In this document: positions 1-9,398 of the stretch, piece after piece | How the letters are laid out: the number at the start of each line of letters is the position of its first letter | Numbering within the stretch: position 1 is the stretch's first letter | NCBI GenBank assembly: GCA_963667725.2 | Contig: CAXXHO010000005.1 | Span: 96,001-160,000 of the forward strand | Direction: 5' to 3' | Origin: Treponemataceae bacterium | Lineage (GTDB): Bacteria; Spirochaetota; Spirochaetia; Treponematales; Rectinemataceae | Length of the DNA stretch: 64,000 nt | Program-made: the position numbers and the translations under genes | The notes under the pieces: generated by a model | Database searches by the model: none | What the model was told of the DNA's origin: nothing | The model's input: the letters and a program-made list of their open reading frames with translations, nothing else

Positions 1-2
1 CG

Positions 3-764
3 CGCTTCATTAGGCTTGAGGGAGAGTTTGTGCGCGCCGGGGTATACGCGGTGCGTCCCGGAGAGACTCTCGGACAACTTGTGGAGCGGGCCGGCGGGTT
101 AACGCCGCAGGCGTATTTGTTTGGATCGGAATTCACCCGGGAATCGACGCGGGTGGATCAGCAACGGCGCCTGGACCAGTTCGTTAAAGAACTGGAGCAG
201 GACGTGGAACACACGGGATCGAACCGCCTAACGGCGGCTGCGACCGCCGAGGAGTCATCACTTGTAGCCGCCAAGCTGCAGAGCGAACGGACGGTGGTGG
301 AAAGGCTGCGTGCGGTGAAGGCAACAGGCCGGATTGTGTTGAGCCTGAATGGAGACGGCAATGACGTTTCGAAGCTGATGGCTTTCAACCTGGAGGACGG
401 CGACCGGTTTCTGGTTCCGTCGCGGCCCGCAACGGTGAACGTGCTTGGCGCCGTCTACAATCAGAATTCCTTTGTCCATACGCCCAGCCAGCGCGTGGCG
501 AACTACCTTCGCCAGGCCGGCGGACCGACCCGCAACGCCGATGCAGGCCGGATCTTCATCATCCGTGCGGACGGATCGGTATTGCCCAGACGGAGCTTCA
601 GTGCGTTCTCGCGGAGCTTTGACGCGACGCTTCTGAACCCAGGAGACTCCGTAATCGTACCCGAGGCGATCTTCAAAGGCACTGTATTCAGAGCCTTCCG
701 CGATTGGACGCAAGTGTTCTCTCAGTTTGCGTTGGGAGCGGCGGCAATCAACGTACTGAGATGA
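3..764 (+). CDS. Polysaccharide export protein with SLBB domains (Wza/KpsD-like), 5'-partial
   Basis: Frame is open from the window start; SLBB-like repeats (LVERAGGLTPQA, YLRQAGGPTRNAD, LNPGDSVIVP); heads the polysaccharide cluster. Confidence 0.85.
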   Translation, partial: RFIRLEGEFVRAGVYAVRPGETLGQLVERAGGLTPQAYLFGSEFTRESTRVDQQRRLDQFVKELEQDVEHTGSNRLTAAATAEESSLVAAKLQSERTVVERLRAVKATGRIVLSLNGDGNDVSKLMAFNLEDGDRFLVPSRPATVNVLGAVYNQNSFVHTPSQRVANYLRQAGGPTRNADAGRIFIIRADGSVLPRRSFSAFSRSFDATLLNPGDSVIVPEAIFKGTVFRAFRDWTQVFSQFALGAAAINVLR

Positions 765-1936
765 GAACCCCTATGGCACAGACAACCTCTTTCGAAGCGT
801 CACAATCAGCTGCTGATTCCGACCCGGCCGCAGTCTCTGTACATGAGGAAGATATCGGCATCGCACTCTGGGAAGTATTCGGTATTCTAGCCCGCCGGAA
901 GAAGTGGATTGCCGGTGCCGCCCTCGCGGGCGGTTTGCTGGCAGGCTCGATAGCCCTTCTCATGCCTGACACCTACAAGGCGACTGCTGTGATTATGCCG
1001 CCGCAAAAAGAGCAATCTGCAGCCACGGCGATGTTGGGCCAACTGGGGCCTCTGGCCGCAGCCGCCGGGGCCGACATGGGGATCAAGAGCCCAGGGGATC
1101 TCTACGTCGGGCTGCTCGAGAGCCGCACGATCGCCGATCATCTGATTGAGGAATTCGGCCTGCGGGCGGTGTACCACACCAGGACTTCGATCGAAACGCG
1201 GTCGAAACTCAAGAGCCGATGCCAGTTCCGGACTGGTGCCAGAGACCCTCTGATCCGGGTTGAAGTCGAAGATACGAATCCGGCTCGTGCGGCAGGGCTG
1301 GCCAACGCATTCACTTCCGAGTTGAACGCGCTGAACAAAGGCTTGTCCGTTACGGATGCGGGCAAACGTAGAGCATTTCTGGAAAAACAGCTCGAACAGG
1401 AGAAGACCGCGTTGTCCGAGGCTGAGGAAGCTATGAAGAAACAACAGGCGCAATCGGGCCTCATACAACCGGACGCTCAGACGGCTGTTGCCATCGGGTC
1501 GGTGGCCCAGCTCAGGGCTCAGATCACCGCGGGAGAGGTGGCGATGGAGCGCTTGAAAATGGGGGTCACGTCTGAGAATCCGGAGCTGGTTCGAAGCGAA
1601 GCTGAGGTTCAAGCACTACGTGCGCAACTCCGGAGACTGGAAAGCGGGTCCAGCAGCAGCGGGACGCTGCCCGCAGCTTCGGCATTGCCCAACTCGAATC
1701 TTGAGTATGTGCGCCGTTTGCGCGACCTGAAATATCATGAGCTGCTGTTTGAGTTGCTCTCGAAGCAGTATGAGGCCGCGCGTCTCGATGAGAGCAAAGC
1801 AGCCCCCGATCTCCAGGTCATCGATTTGGCTGTACCGCCCGACCAGAGGAGCGGACCTCGCCGCTCAATGATTACCCTGCTTGGCTGCCTGGCGGGAATG
1901 TTCCTGGCCTCTACCGTCGCATACGCCACGCGTTAA
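761..1936 (+). CDS. Wzz/GumC-type polysaccharide chain-length determinant (co-polymerase), no kinase domain
   Basis: N-terminal TM plus PDTYKATAVIMPP, coiled-coil middle, C-terminal VIDLAVPPDQRSGPRR plus TM; ATG at 761 overlaps the upstream TGA (ATGA). Confidence 0.85.
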   Translation: MRTPMAQTTSFEASQSAADSDPAAVSVHEEDIGIALWEVFGILARRKKWIAGAALAGGLLAGSIALLMPDTYKATAVIMPPQKEQSAATAMLGQLGPLAAAAGADMGIKSPGDLYVGLLESRTIADHLIEEFGLRAVYHTRTSIETRSKLKSRCQFRTGARDPLIRVEVEDTNPARAAGLANAFTSELNALNKGLSVTDAGKRRAFLEKQLEQEKTALSEAEEAMKKQQAQSGLIQPDAQTAVAIGSVAQLRAQITAGEVAMERLKMGVTSENPELVRSEAEVQALRAQLRRLESGSSSSGTLPAASALPNSNLEYVRRLRDLKYHELLFELLSKQYEAARLDESKAAPDLQVIDLAVPPDQRSGPRRSMITLLGCLAGMFLASTVAYATR

Positions 1937-1980
1937 ACCTCCCACGCAAGGGCGCCTCTTTTATCGACTCGCAGGAACCA

Positions 1981-3981
1981 TTGATGCGGATCGGAGCCAC
2001 AGTCCGAAAGGTCAAAGGCCGGCCTCTGGGCGTTCTTGCGTTCCGGGGCCTGCAAGAGGCGCAACTGGCCCTATTGAGGCAAACAAAAGGTTGGACGCGA
2101 ATCGAAGACCGGGCGCGCCGATGGTGGAACAACGAGCGAGTGGCCGCTTTCGCGGCTGAACGAGGTGCGACCACAGTGCTGGCCCCCGATGCCGGGGTTG
2201 CGATCGTGCAAGCTGTAGACGAGGGTGCCCTGAGCCGGGCGGGGCTGATCGATTTCGGCACAGCCGCCGCGTCGCGAAACTTTTCCGTCTTCGGGGTGCC
2301 TGTCCCGGCTGAAGGACCGTGGCCCTGGCATGAGGATTGGAGATTCGGGCACCAGTGGCAACGGCCGTTTTGGCGCGATCACGACTTCTACGAAGCCAGA
2401 CAGGTCCCTTACGATGTCAAGTTTCCCTGGGAGTTGTCGCGTCTCTTCTTTCTTCCGCGCGTGCTACAGGCTGCGAGTCTCGCACCCGCTGAAGCTCCCA
2501 ACCTTTTGCGTTTCGTCGAGAGCGTTCTCATCGATTGGGAGCAGGAGAACCCGATGGCGGGGTCGATAGCCTGGTATCCGATGGAAGTGTCGATGCGCAT
2601 TTTGGCCCTGGTGGTCACGCTGGACATGCTCAGGCTGTTGGGTCCCGTACCGGAGAGCCTTCTGGAGATTCTGTTGCGTGCGCTTTCGACTCACGGTGAG
2701 TTCGTGTGGCGTAACCGGGAATATAGTGAGCTGAGAGGCAACCACTACGCGGCGAACGTAGCCGCCCTGGCCGCGGCCGGCGCAGCGTTGGAGCACTCGT
2801 ATCCGAATGCACTGCAGTGGTCGACGTTCGCTCGGGAAACGGCGGGCGCCGAGATTCTGCGGCAATTTCTGGCGGACGGCGTTCACTTTGAGAAGGCGCT
2901 CGGCTATCAGAGGCTGGTGGTCGAGCTGTTCCTGTTTACCGCGCTCACCAGCGAACGCCGCGGAACCCCACTTCCCTCCGCGGCGTTGGAGCGGCTTCAT
3001 GTTGCATGCCGGTACCTTGCCGAATGTGTCCGCCCGGACGGTTTGACTCCCAAGGTTGGCGACGACGATGACGGTCGCGTGTTTCATTTCGACCTAGTGC
3101 CCGCCGCCGATGTCGGTCCGACACTGGCCACAGCTCGACTGCTGTGGAGCGACCCGGCACTGGTCCACGCCAGAGCGGGGCGCTTCGCGTCTCCAGTCTG
3201 GTTCATGGGATTGCGTGCAATCCGGGAGTGGGCTGATCCCGGAGCGGCGACCCCGGCTACGCCGAGTTGCCGGCACTTTAGCTCGGGTGGCGTAGTTGTT
3301 GCGCGCAACCGAAACAACTTCTTCTGGATGGATGTTGGGGAAGTGGGATTGCACGGGCACGGCGGACACGGGCACAATGACCTGCTGAGCTTCGAACTCG
3401 TATGGAATGGTCATGCGGTGTTCGTGGACCCCGGCAGCTATGTTTACACTGCCGATCCGGTTTTGCGCGATCTTTTCCGGGGATCCGCCTACCACAACGG
3501 CCTGACCGTGGATCACGAGGAAATCGCGCCGATGCAGGGAATGTGGCGGATCGGTAGCCAGGCTCAACCGGGTTGCGTCCAGGTTCATGCGGATGGTCCC
3601 AAGGTTCGTATTTGTGCCGGCCACTCCGGCTACGCCCGTCTGGTGGACCCTGTGGTGCATGGTCGTAACGTCCGGATCGATTGGCAAACAGGGAACTTCG
3701 AAGTGGTGGACGATCTCAGGTGCTCGGGCATCCATTCCACGGTCCGGGCACTCCATCTGGCACGTGGTATGGCTGCAACCATGGATGAATGCGGCGCCGT
3801 GATTTCGGACCAGGGATCGGCGTGGCGTCTCACCTGGAACCTGGGCGCCCGCGCCGTTGTCGAGGACGGCTGGGTAAGCCCGAGCTATGCAGTGCGGCAG
3901 CCCGCCGTAGTCTTGCGGCTGGTGGACCAGATTCAATCAAACGCGCAGCTTTGGCTCGCTTTGCGCCCCTTCCAGGGCTAG
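1981..3981 (+). CDS. Heparinase II/III family protein (copy 1)
   Basis: DVKFPWELSR, GNHYAAN, DGVHFE, GHGHNDLLSFEL, VDPGSYVY and HNGLTVD motifs. Confidence 0.85.
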   Translation: MMRIGATVRKVKGRPLGVLAFRGLQEAQLALLRQTKGWTRIEDRARRWWNNERVAAFAAERGATTVLAPDAGVAIVQAVDEGALSRAGLIDFGTAAASRNFSVFGVPVPAEGPWPWHEDWRFGHQWQRPFWRDHDFYEARQVPYDVKFPWELSRLFFLPRVLQAASLAPAEAPNLLRFVESVLIDWEQENPMAGSIAWYPMEVSMRILALVVTLDMLRLLGPVPESLLEILLRALSTHGEFVWRNREYSELRGNHYAANVAALAAAGAALEHSYPNALQWSTFARETAGAEILRQFLADGVHFEKALGYQRLVVELFLFTALTSERRGTPLPSAALERLHVACRYLAECVRPDGLTPKVGDDDDGRVFHFDLVPAADVGPTLATARLLWSDPALVHARAGRFASPVWFMGLRAIREWADPGAATPATPSCRHFSSGGVVVARNRNNFFWMDVGEVGLHGHGGHGHNDLLSFELVWNGHAVFVDPGSYVYTADPVLRDLFRGSAYHNGLTVDHEEIAPMQGMWRIGSQAQPGCVQVHADGPKVRICAGHSGYARLVDPVVHGRNVRIDWQTGNFEVVDDLRCSGIHSTVRALHLARGMAATMDECGAVISDQGSAWRLTWNLGARAVVEDGWVSPSYAVRQPAVVLRLVDQIQSNAQLWLALRPFQG

Positions 3982-4051
3982 ACCACTAGTCCCCTCATAA
4001 GCTCACAAGCCCGGTGCGGTCATCGGCTCAAACGCACACCTGGAATCGATC

Positions 4052-5269
4052 GTGACAGCTCGAAGAGAATCGCTCGACCAGAGGCCCGAACTGGCGGGGA
4101 GATACCGCTATTTCACCAGCTTCGGAAGGACTGCGCTTCTCGGGTCCCTTCAGGCGGCGAAGGTGGCTGGAGGCGATGTTTTCCTTCCGGCGTTCACCTG
4201 TAACACCACGGTCACCTCGGCGGTTCTGCAGGCCGGGGCAACGCCCGTTTTTATCGATGTCGATCCCCGGACGTTGAACATGGATACCGACCAGTTCGCG
4301 CCAAACGCATCCTCGCGCCTGCGGGCGGTCATCTCGCATCACTACTACGGTTTTGCGTGTACGAATTTGGGGGACGTCAGCGACTTCTGCGCACAACGAA
4401 GGATTGCTCATATTGAGGACTGCAGCCATTCTTTGGGGGCACGTTTTGGAGGGAAGTTCACAGGTTCCTGGGGTCACCTCGCGGTCTTCTCGTTCTCCAA
4501 GGCGCAGCCAAACCCAGGCGGCGGGTGTCTCAGCACGGATGATCCGGAACTCCATGCGGCGATCCAGTCCGCAAGGTCCACAGAGACCTGTCTGGACCAA
4601 TGCGTGAAGAACTACCACAGCTTCGGCCATCTCTACCGTCTATCGGCTGACGCTGAGGAAACCGATCTGCTTCCAGACCTGCTGTTTCGCATTTCGCGCT
4701 ACCCGCTGTTTCTGTTGCAAAGAGCGCTCTCCTACGATTTGAGACGGGCACGGGGAACGTTCTATCAGCCCGAGGCCGATCATTTGCTTGCCCGGCCTCC
4801 GATGTCCATCTCCATGACGCGGCTACAGAAGTGGTACATCGAGACCTCCTGGAAAGCCAGTCTGGAACGCACAAGGGCAAAGCGGAACCTCTTCTTCCGG
4901 CTCTTGTCCTCTATGCCGGTTCCTTTGCGAATCGAGCACGTCGAGCCTGCGTACACGACTTTTGTCCTTGAGGTGGCGGACGTCGGGGAGGCAATCGCTT
5001 CCGGCCGGCGGCAGGGGATCCGGCTGCGTCCGACGTGGCCCCTATTCCAGAACTATTCCGAGGAACAACGGACTCCCGGAGTACGGTGGCTCGCAAACCA
5101 TTTCGCGCTGCTCAGCCTCGGGCAATATGTGGATGCGCACCGCCAGGACCGACTCTTCCGATTCCTCGGCGACCGCGTCTTCCGCACGAAGACGGCGCGC
5201 TGCGCCCCCTTGGGCGACCAGTCGATTGGCGCTGAGGTCAACCGTACCAGAAAGCTGGCGAACAATTGA
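4052..5269 (+). CDS. DegT/DnrJ/EryC1/StrS-like PLP-dependent aminotransferase (divergent)
   Basis: PAFTC, GATPVFIDVD, HHYYG, IEDCSHSLG and VFSFSK motifs; atypical C-terminal half. Confidence 0.7.
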   Translation: MTARRESLDQRPELAGRYRYFTSFGRTALLGSLQAAKVAGGDVFLPAFTCNTTVTSAVLQAGATPVFIDVDPRTLNMDTDQFAPNASSRLRAVISHHYYGFACTNLGDVSDFCAQRRIAHIEDCSHSLGARFGGKFTGSWGHLAVFSFSKAQPNPGGGCLSTDDPELHAAIQSARSTETCLDQCVKNYHSFGHLYRLSADAEETDLLPDLLFRISRYPLFLLQRALSYDLRRARGTFYQPEADHLLARPPMSISMTRLQKWYIETSWKASLERTRAKRNLFFRLLSSMPVPLRIEHVEPAYTTFVLEVADVGEAIASGRRQGIRLRPTWPLFQNYSEEQRTPGVRWLANHFALLSLGQYVDAHRQDRLFRFLGDRVFRTKTARCAPLGDQSIGAEVNRTRKLANN

Positions 5270-7455
5270 AGCAACTCTTCTTAAGGGGATCCGGACAAGT
5301 CGAGGTGATCGACGCCCCCGTCCCTGCTCTGCTGACGAACGCCGCGCTGGTTCGCAACCGGATTTCGGTGATCAGCAGTGGCACCGAGCGGGCAGCAGTC
5401 ACCCGGCACGGCGGTGTCCTCGGCTTATATGAGAAGGCCACCAAATCAATGGATCGCGTTCGCGATATTGCGAACCTGGTTCAGAGTGCAGGGGCCGCCC
5501 AAGCCCTCGAGATCGTTCGGAACAAGCTGCACGACTACACTCCTCTGGGATATAGCTGCGCAGGGGAAGTGGCGGAAGTGAATGGGGACTGTCATGGAAT
5601 CCGGCCGGGCGACCGCGTGGCCTGCATGGGGACGGGATATGCGAGCCATGCCGAGTACGTAGTGGTTCCACGGAATCTGCTGGCGCCATTGCCGGCCGGC
5701 GTTTCAATTGAGGAAGCGGCCTTCGGTGCGCTGGCCTGCATCGCACTACAGGGCATCAGGCGGCTTGAATTAACACCGGGCGAGCGTGTGGGCGTAATCG
5801 GGCTGGGTCTCATCGGCCAGATCACATTGCGTCTGCTGGACGCGATGGGCTACGAGCCGTACGGGACCGACATCAACTCCGAACGCATTGCTCTGGCGGC
5901 GGTGCCAGGAGCGTCTCTATGGGTCTCCGGGAGCGGCCAAAATCCGCCGGCGGCGGTTCAGTCGGCCCTCGACGGAGTCATCGTCTGCGCGAACTCTCCG
6001 GAAAATGACGTCGTGAACGCAGCCATGGATATGTGCAGGCAGCGTGGCCGGGTGGTCATTGTGGGTGACGTCGGACTGGGAGTGCGGCGGAGCAAAATGT
6101 ACCGCAATGAGCTGGAACTCCGGCTTTCGTGTTCCTATGGACCCGGGCGATACGACACCTCCTACGAAGAAGGCGGCCGAGACTATCCGATCGGTTTTGT
6201 CCGCTGGACCGAAAAACGAAGCCTCGCGTACATCCTGCGTCTTTTATCGAGCGGACGCCTCGAGTTGGGGTCTCTCGTCTCGGCCCGTTTCCCCGTGGCG
6301 AAGGCTTGTGACGCATACCGGTTGGTGCTCGACGGTGGGCCGAGCACTTTCGGAGTGCTGCTGACCTACGAAGAGACGGGTCTGGCCAAACCGACACCGA
6401 TCGCAGAGATGCAAACGCTGCGCAGGCCCGTTCCCGCCAGGGTCCCTGGCGATCGCCGGATCCGCCTGGGCGTGATCGGTCCGGGCGGATATTTCAAGGG
6501 CGGCCATCTCCCACACCTGCGCTCGCTCGCTGACCGGTTCGAAATCCGGGGTGTTGCGAGCCGGTCCGGAGCCTCGGCCGGAGCGGTGGCGCGTAGCGTC
6601 GGCGCCGGTATCGTGACCAGCGATTATCGTGCGCTTCTCGCCGAACCGGGCCTGGATGCGGTGATGATCACGACTCGCCACCACAGCCATGCACAGATCA
6701 TCCTGGATGCACTTTCCGCGGGGAAACACGTCTTTGTTGAGAAGCCCATGACGACCACCGTCGAAGACGCGCAACGCGTATGCCGTCTGGCTCGCGAGAC
6801 TGGGCTGGTAGTGAGAGTTGGGTTCAACCGGCGCTTCGCTCCATACTCACAGGCCCTGCGCGCCGCGATCGGCATGACCGGCCCGCGCATGGCCAGTATC
6901 CGCGTGAATATCGGCAAGATGCCGCGGGACTGGAGCAACACCGCCGGGGAAGGGGGACGCTTTCTCGGGGAGGCGGTTCACTTCCTGGACTTCCTGAACT
7001 GGCTTTTCAGTGAGGAACCGGAATCTGTTTCCTCCTATGTAGCCGGGGCGGCGGAAGTCACCAATTCGAACACGGTGGTGCAGGTTCATTATGCGGGGCA
7101 GTCTGTAGCGCAACTGCTGTATACGAGTTTGGGTCACCCGAAGATGGGCAAAGAAGCCTACGAAGTATTCGGGAACCAGCATTCGGCGCGAATGGCTGAT
7201 TTCCGAAGGTACGAGAGTTTCGGCGGCCGGAAATCGGGACTTCTTGCGAACTGGAAACTCGGGGGCAAGGGCCAACGAGAAGTGCTCGAGGAGTTTGCCG
7301 CCGCCATTCAGGGGCAATCGTATCCGGTCGCCGGTGCGGATGCCCGCGCCGGCCTGGTCGCCACATGGATGGCCTTGGCTGCCCGTGATAGCGCCGCAAC
7401 GGGAATCCCCCAGAGACTCTCTCAGCCGGAGGCAGCGGTATGTGCGGAATCGTAG
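5266..7455 (+). CDS. Bi-domain oxidoreductase (MDR-type dehydrogenase plus Gfo/Idh/MocA), copy 1
   Basis: ISSGTE, PLGYSCAG, GLGLIG, SCSYGPGRYD, HVFVEKP, GFNRRF and GEAVHFLD motifs. Confidence 0.9.
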   Translation: MKQLFLRGSGQVEVIDAPVPALLTNAALVRNRISVISSGTERAAVTRHGGVLGLYEKATKSMDRVRDIANLVQSAGAAQALEIVRNKLHDYTPLGYSCAGEVAEVNGDCHGIRPGDRVACMGTGYASHAEYVVVPRNLLAPLPAGVSIEEAAFGALACIALQGIRRLELTPGERVGVIGLGLIGQITLRLLDAMGYEPYGTDINSERIALAAVPGASLWVSGSGQNPPAAVQSALDGVIVCANSPENDVVNAAMDMCRQRGRVVIVGDVGLGVRRSKMYRNELELRLSCSYGPGRYDTSYEEGGRDYPIGFVRWTEKRSLAYILRLLSSGRLELGSLVSARFPVAKACDAYRLVLDGGPSTFGVLLTYEETGLAKPTPIAEMQTLRRPVPARVPGDRRIRLGVIGPGGYFKGGHLPHLRSLADRFEIRGVASRSGASAGAVARSVGAGIVTSDYRALLAEPGLDAVMITTRHHSHAQIILDALSAGKHVFVEKPMTTTVEDAQRVCRLARETGLVVRVGFNRRFAPYSQALRAAIGMTGPRMASIRVNIGKMPRDWSNTAGEGGRFLGEAVHFLDFLNWLFSEEPESVSSYVAGAAEVTNSNTVVQVHYAGQSVAQLLYTSLGHPKMGKEAYEVFGNQHSARMADFRRYESFGGRKSGLLANWKLGGKGQREVLEEFAAAIQGQSYPVAGADARAGLVATWMALAARDSAATGIPQRLSQPEAAVCAES

Positions 7456-9398
7456 GTGTCGTACACGCTCCGCGGGCGGGAGGCGTAGATGCCAGCGTCG
7501 TCAAGAGGATGACGGACCGGATGCAGCACCGCGGCCCGGACGGCTCAGGGCTATGGGTCTCAAGCGATGGCCTGATTGCGCTTGGACACCGCAGGCTGGC
7601 GATTCTCGACCTGACCGAAGCTGGTCATCAGCCCATGGAAAGCGCCTACGGCTCGACAGTTGTAACCTTCAACGGCGAGATCTACAACTTCACCGAGATC
7701 CGCAGGCAGCTCGAACAGCGCGGTTATAGGTTCCGATCCCGATGCGATACCGAGGTTCTGCTGTACCTGTATGAAGAGTATGGGACGGGCATGGTGGAGA
7801 TGCTCGACGGCGATTTCGCCTTCGCGATCTATGACCGCCGATCACGAAGAGCGCTGCTGGCTCGCGATCGCGCCGGCGTTCATCCGATCTATTACACTTT
7901 CACCGGCTCGCGCTTCCTTTTTGCCTCCGAGATCAAGGCGCTGCTGGCCGATCCCGGCGTGAGTGCGGAGTTGAATCCGGAAGGGCTGTATCACTACCTC
8001 ACATTCCTGGTGGCCCCACCGGGATCCACTCTTCTTCGCGGCGTTTGCAAGCTGCCGGCGGGGACGATGTTGGAGCTGCGGTGCGAACTCGAAACCCTCG
8101 AATTCCGCGTGAGCAAGTACTGGGAACCGCTGCCCGCGCAGTTGCCCTGTCCCGAGAAAGACCTGGATGAATATCTGGAACATCTGATCGATGCATCCGT
8201 TCGCAAGCGGCTGCAAAGCGATGTGCCCGTGGGGGTGTTGTTCTCCGGCGGCGTGGATTCATCGCTGAATGCGTTGTACTTCCGCAAGCACGCCGAACCG
8301 AGGCAAGTTCGGACATATTGCGTCGGTATGCACGGCTCGACACTCTGCCGGAGCGAGCATGAGGAGGCTGCGCGCGCCGCCAGAGCCATGGGTACCGAGC
8401 ACTACGAGATTATGCTGTCGGAGGACCAGTTGCTTGATGCGGCGCCCGGCCTCGCCAGCCAACTCGATGAGCCAGTGGCCGATCCGGTAAGTGTTCCTCT
8501 GTATTTTGTGACGCGGCTGGCCCGCCAGACCGGCACCACGGTCCTGCACGCCGGCGAAGGGGCCGACGAGCTGTTCTGTGGCTACGACAACTATCGCCGG
8601 TTCCTGCATCAGGAGCAGAGCATGTGGCGATACGCCTGTCATGCCCCACGGCCGCTCCAGGCGCTGGCCTATCACCTGTTCCGTAAGGGCCGGTCGCCAC
8701 GTGCAGCCAAGGTGGCCGACGTTCTGCGCCGGCTCTGTCTCGGGCAGGAGTTTTTCCTGTCTTCATCGGTGGCCTACTATGAGGCGGAAAAGAGCGAGAT
8801 CTTGTCGCATGAATTCAAGAGGCTTACCGCGGGTCTGGACTCGTTCGACGCCGTCGCTCCGCTCTACGCGCGCATTCGGGAAGCACGGCCCGATGCCACG
8901 TTTCTTCAGCAGTTGACCTTTATCGAGCTGCAGTTGCGGTTACCTGAACTGCTGCTGATGAGGATCGACAAAATGGCCATGGCGAACAGCGTGGAGGTGC
9001 GCGTGCCGTTTCTGGACCGGGACCTCATGGATTTTGCGCTGGCTGTGCCATCCGGCTTCAAGCTCCGCGACGGTGTTTCCAAAGAGCCGCTCAAACGCCT
9101 GCTGGGGAACCGCGTGGGCCGGGAGACGGCCTACCGCCCCAAGACTGGTTTCGGTGTCCCGATACAGGAGTGGTTCCGCGGCCGGCTAGGTAGAGAGTTG
9201 GAACGGTTATTGACCGAAGGGCGGCAGGTATACGGGGAGTTCTTTTCGCTGAGCCGGCTGGCGGAAAAACTTCACGGCGGGGTTCCAACCGTGAACAGCG
9301 CGTTCCAGCTCTGGGTAGTGTACAGCTTCGTGCTCTGGTGGAATTCCGTGCGATCAGAAGCGCGCTCCCACGCCGATGTCTCCACGGTAGTTGCATAA
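7440..9398 (+). CDS. asnB: Asparagine synthase (glutamine-hydrolysing)-like amidotransferase
   Basis: N-terminal MCGIVG, HRGPDG, GHRRLAILD, FNGEIYNF, SGGVDSS, GEGADELF and EVRVPFLD motifs. Confidence 0.93.
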   Translation: MCGIVGVVHAPRAGGVDASVVKRMTDRMQHRGPDGSGLWVSSDGLIALGHRRLAILDLTEAGHQPMESAYGSTVVTFNGEIYNFTEIRRQLEQRGYRFRSRCDTEVLLYLYEEYGTGMVEMLDGDFAFAIYDRRSRRALLARDRAGVHPIYYTFTGSRFLFASEIKALLADPGVSAELNPEGLYHYLTFLVAPPGSTLLRGVCKLPAGTMLELRCELETLEFRVSKYWEPLPAQLPCPEKDLDEYLEHLIDASVRKRLQSDVPVGVLFSGGVDSSLNALYFRKHAEPRQVRTYCVGMHGSTLCRSEHEEAARAARAMGTEHYEIMLSEDQLLDAAPGLASQLDEPVADPVSVPLYFVTRLARQTGTTVLHAGEGADELFCGYDNYRRFLHQEQSMWRYACHAPRPLQALAYHLFRKGRSPRAAKVADVLRRLCLGQEFFLSSSVAYYEAEKSEILSHEFKRLTAGLDSFDAVAPLYARIREARPDATFLQQLTFIELQLRLPELLLMRIDKMAMANSVEVRVPFLDRDLMDFALAVPSGFKLRDGVSKEPLKRLLGNRVGRETAYRPKTGFGVPIQEWFRGRLGRELERLLTEGRQVYGEFFSLSRLAEKLHGGVPTVNSAFQLWVVYSFVLWWNSVRSEARSHADVSTVVA

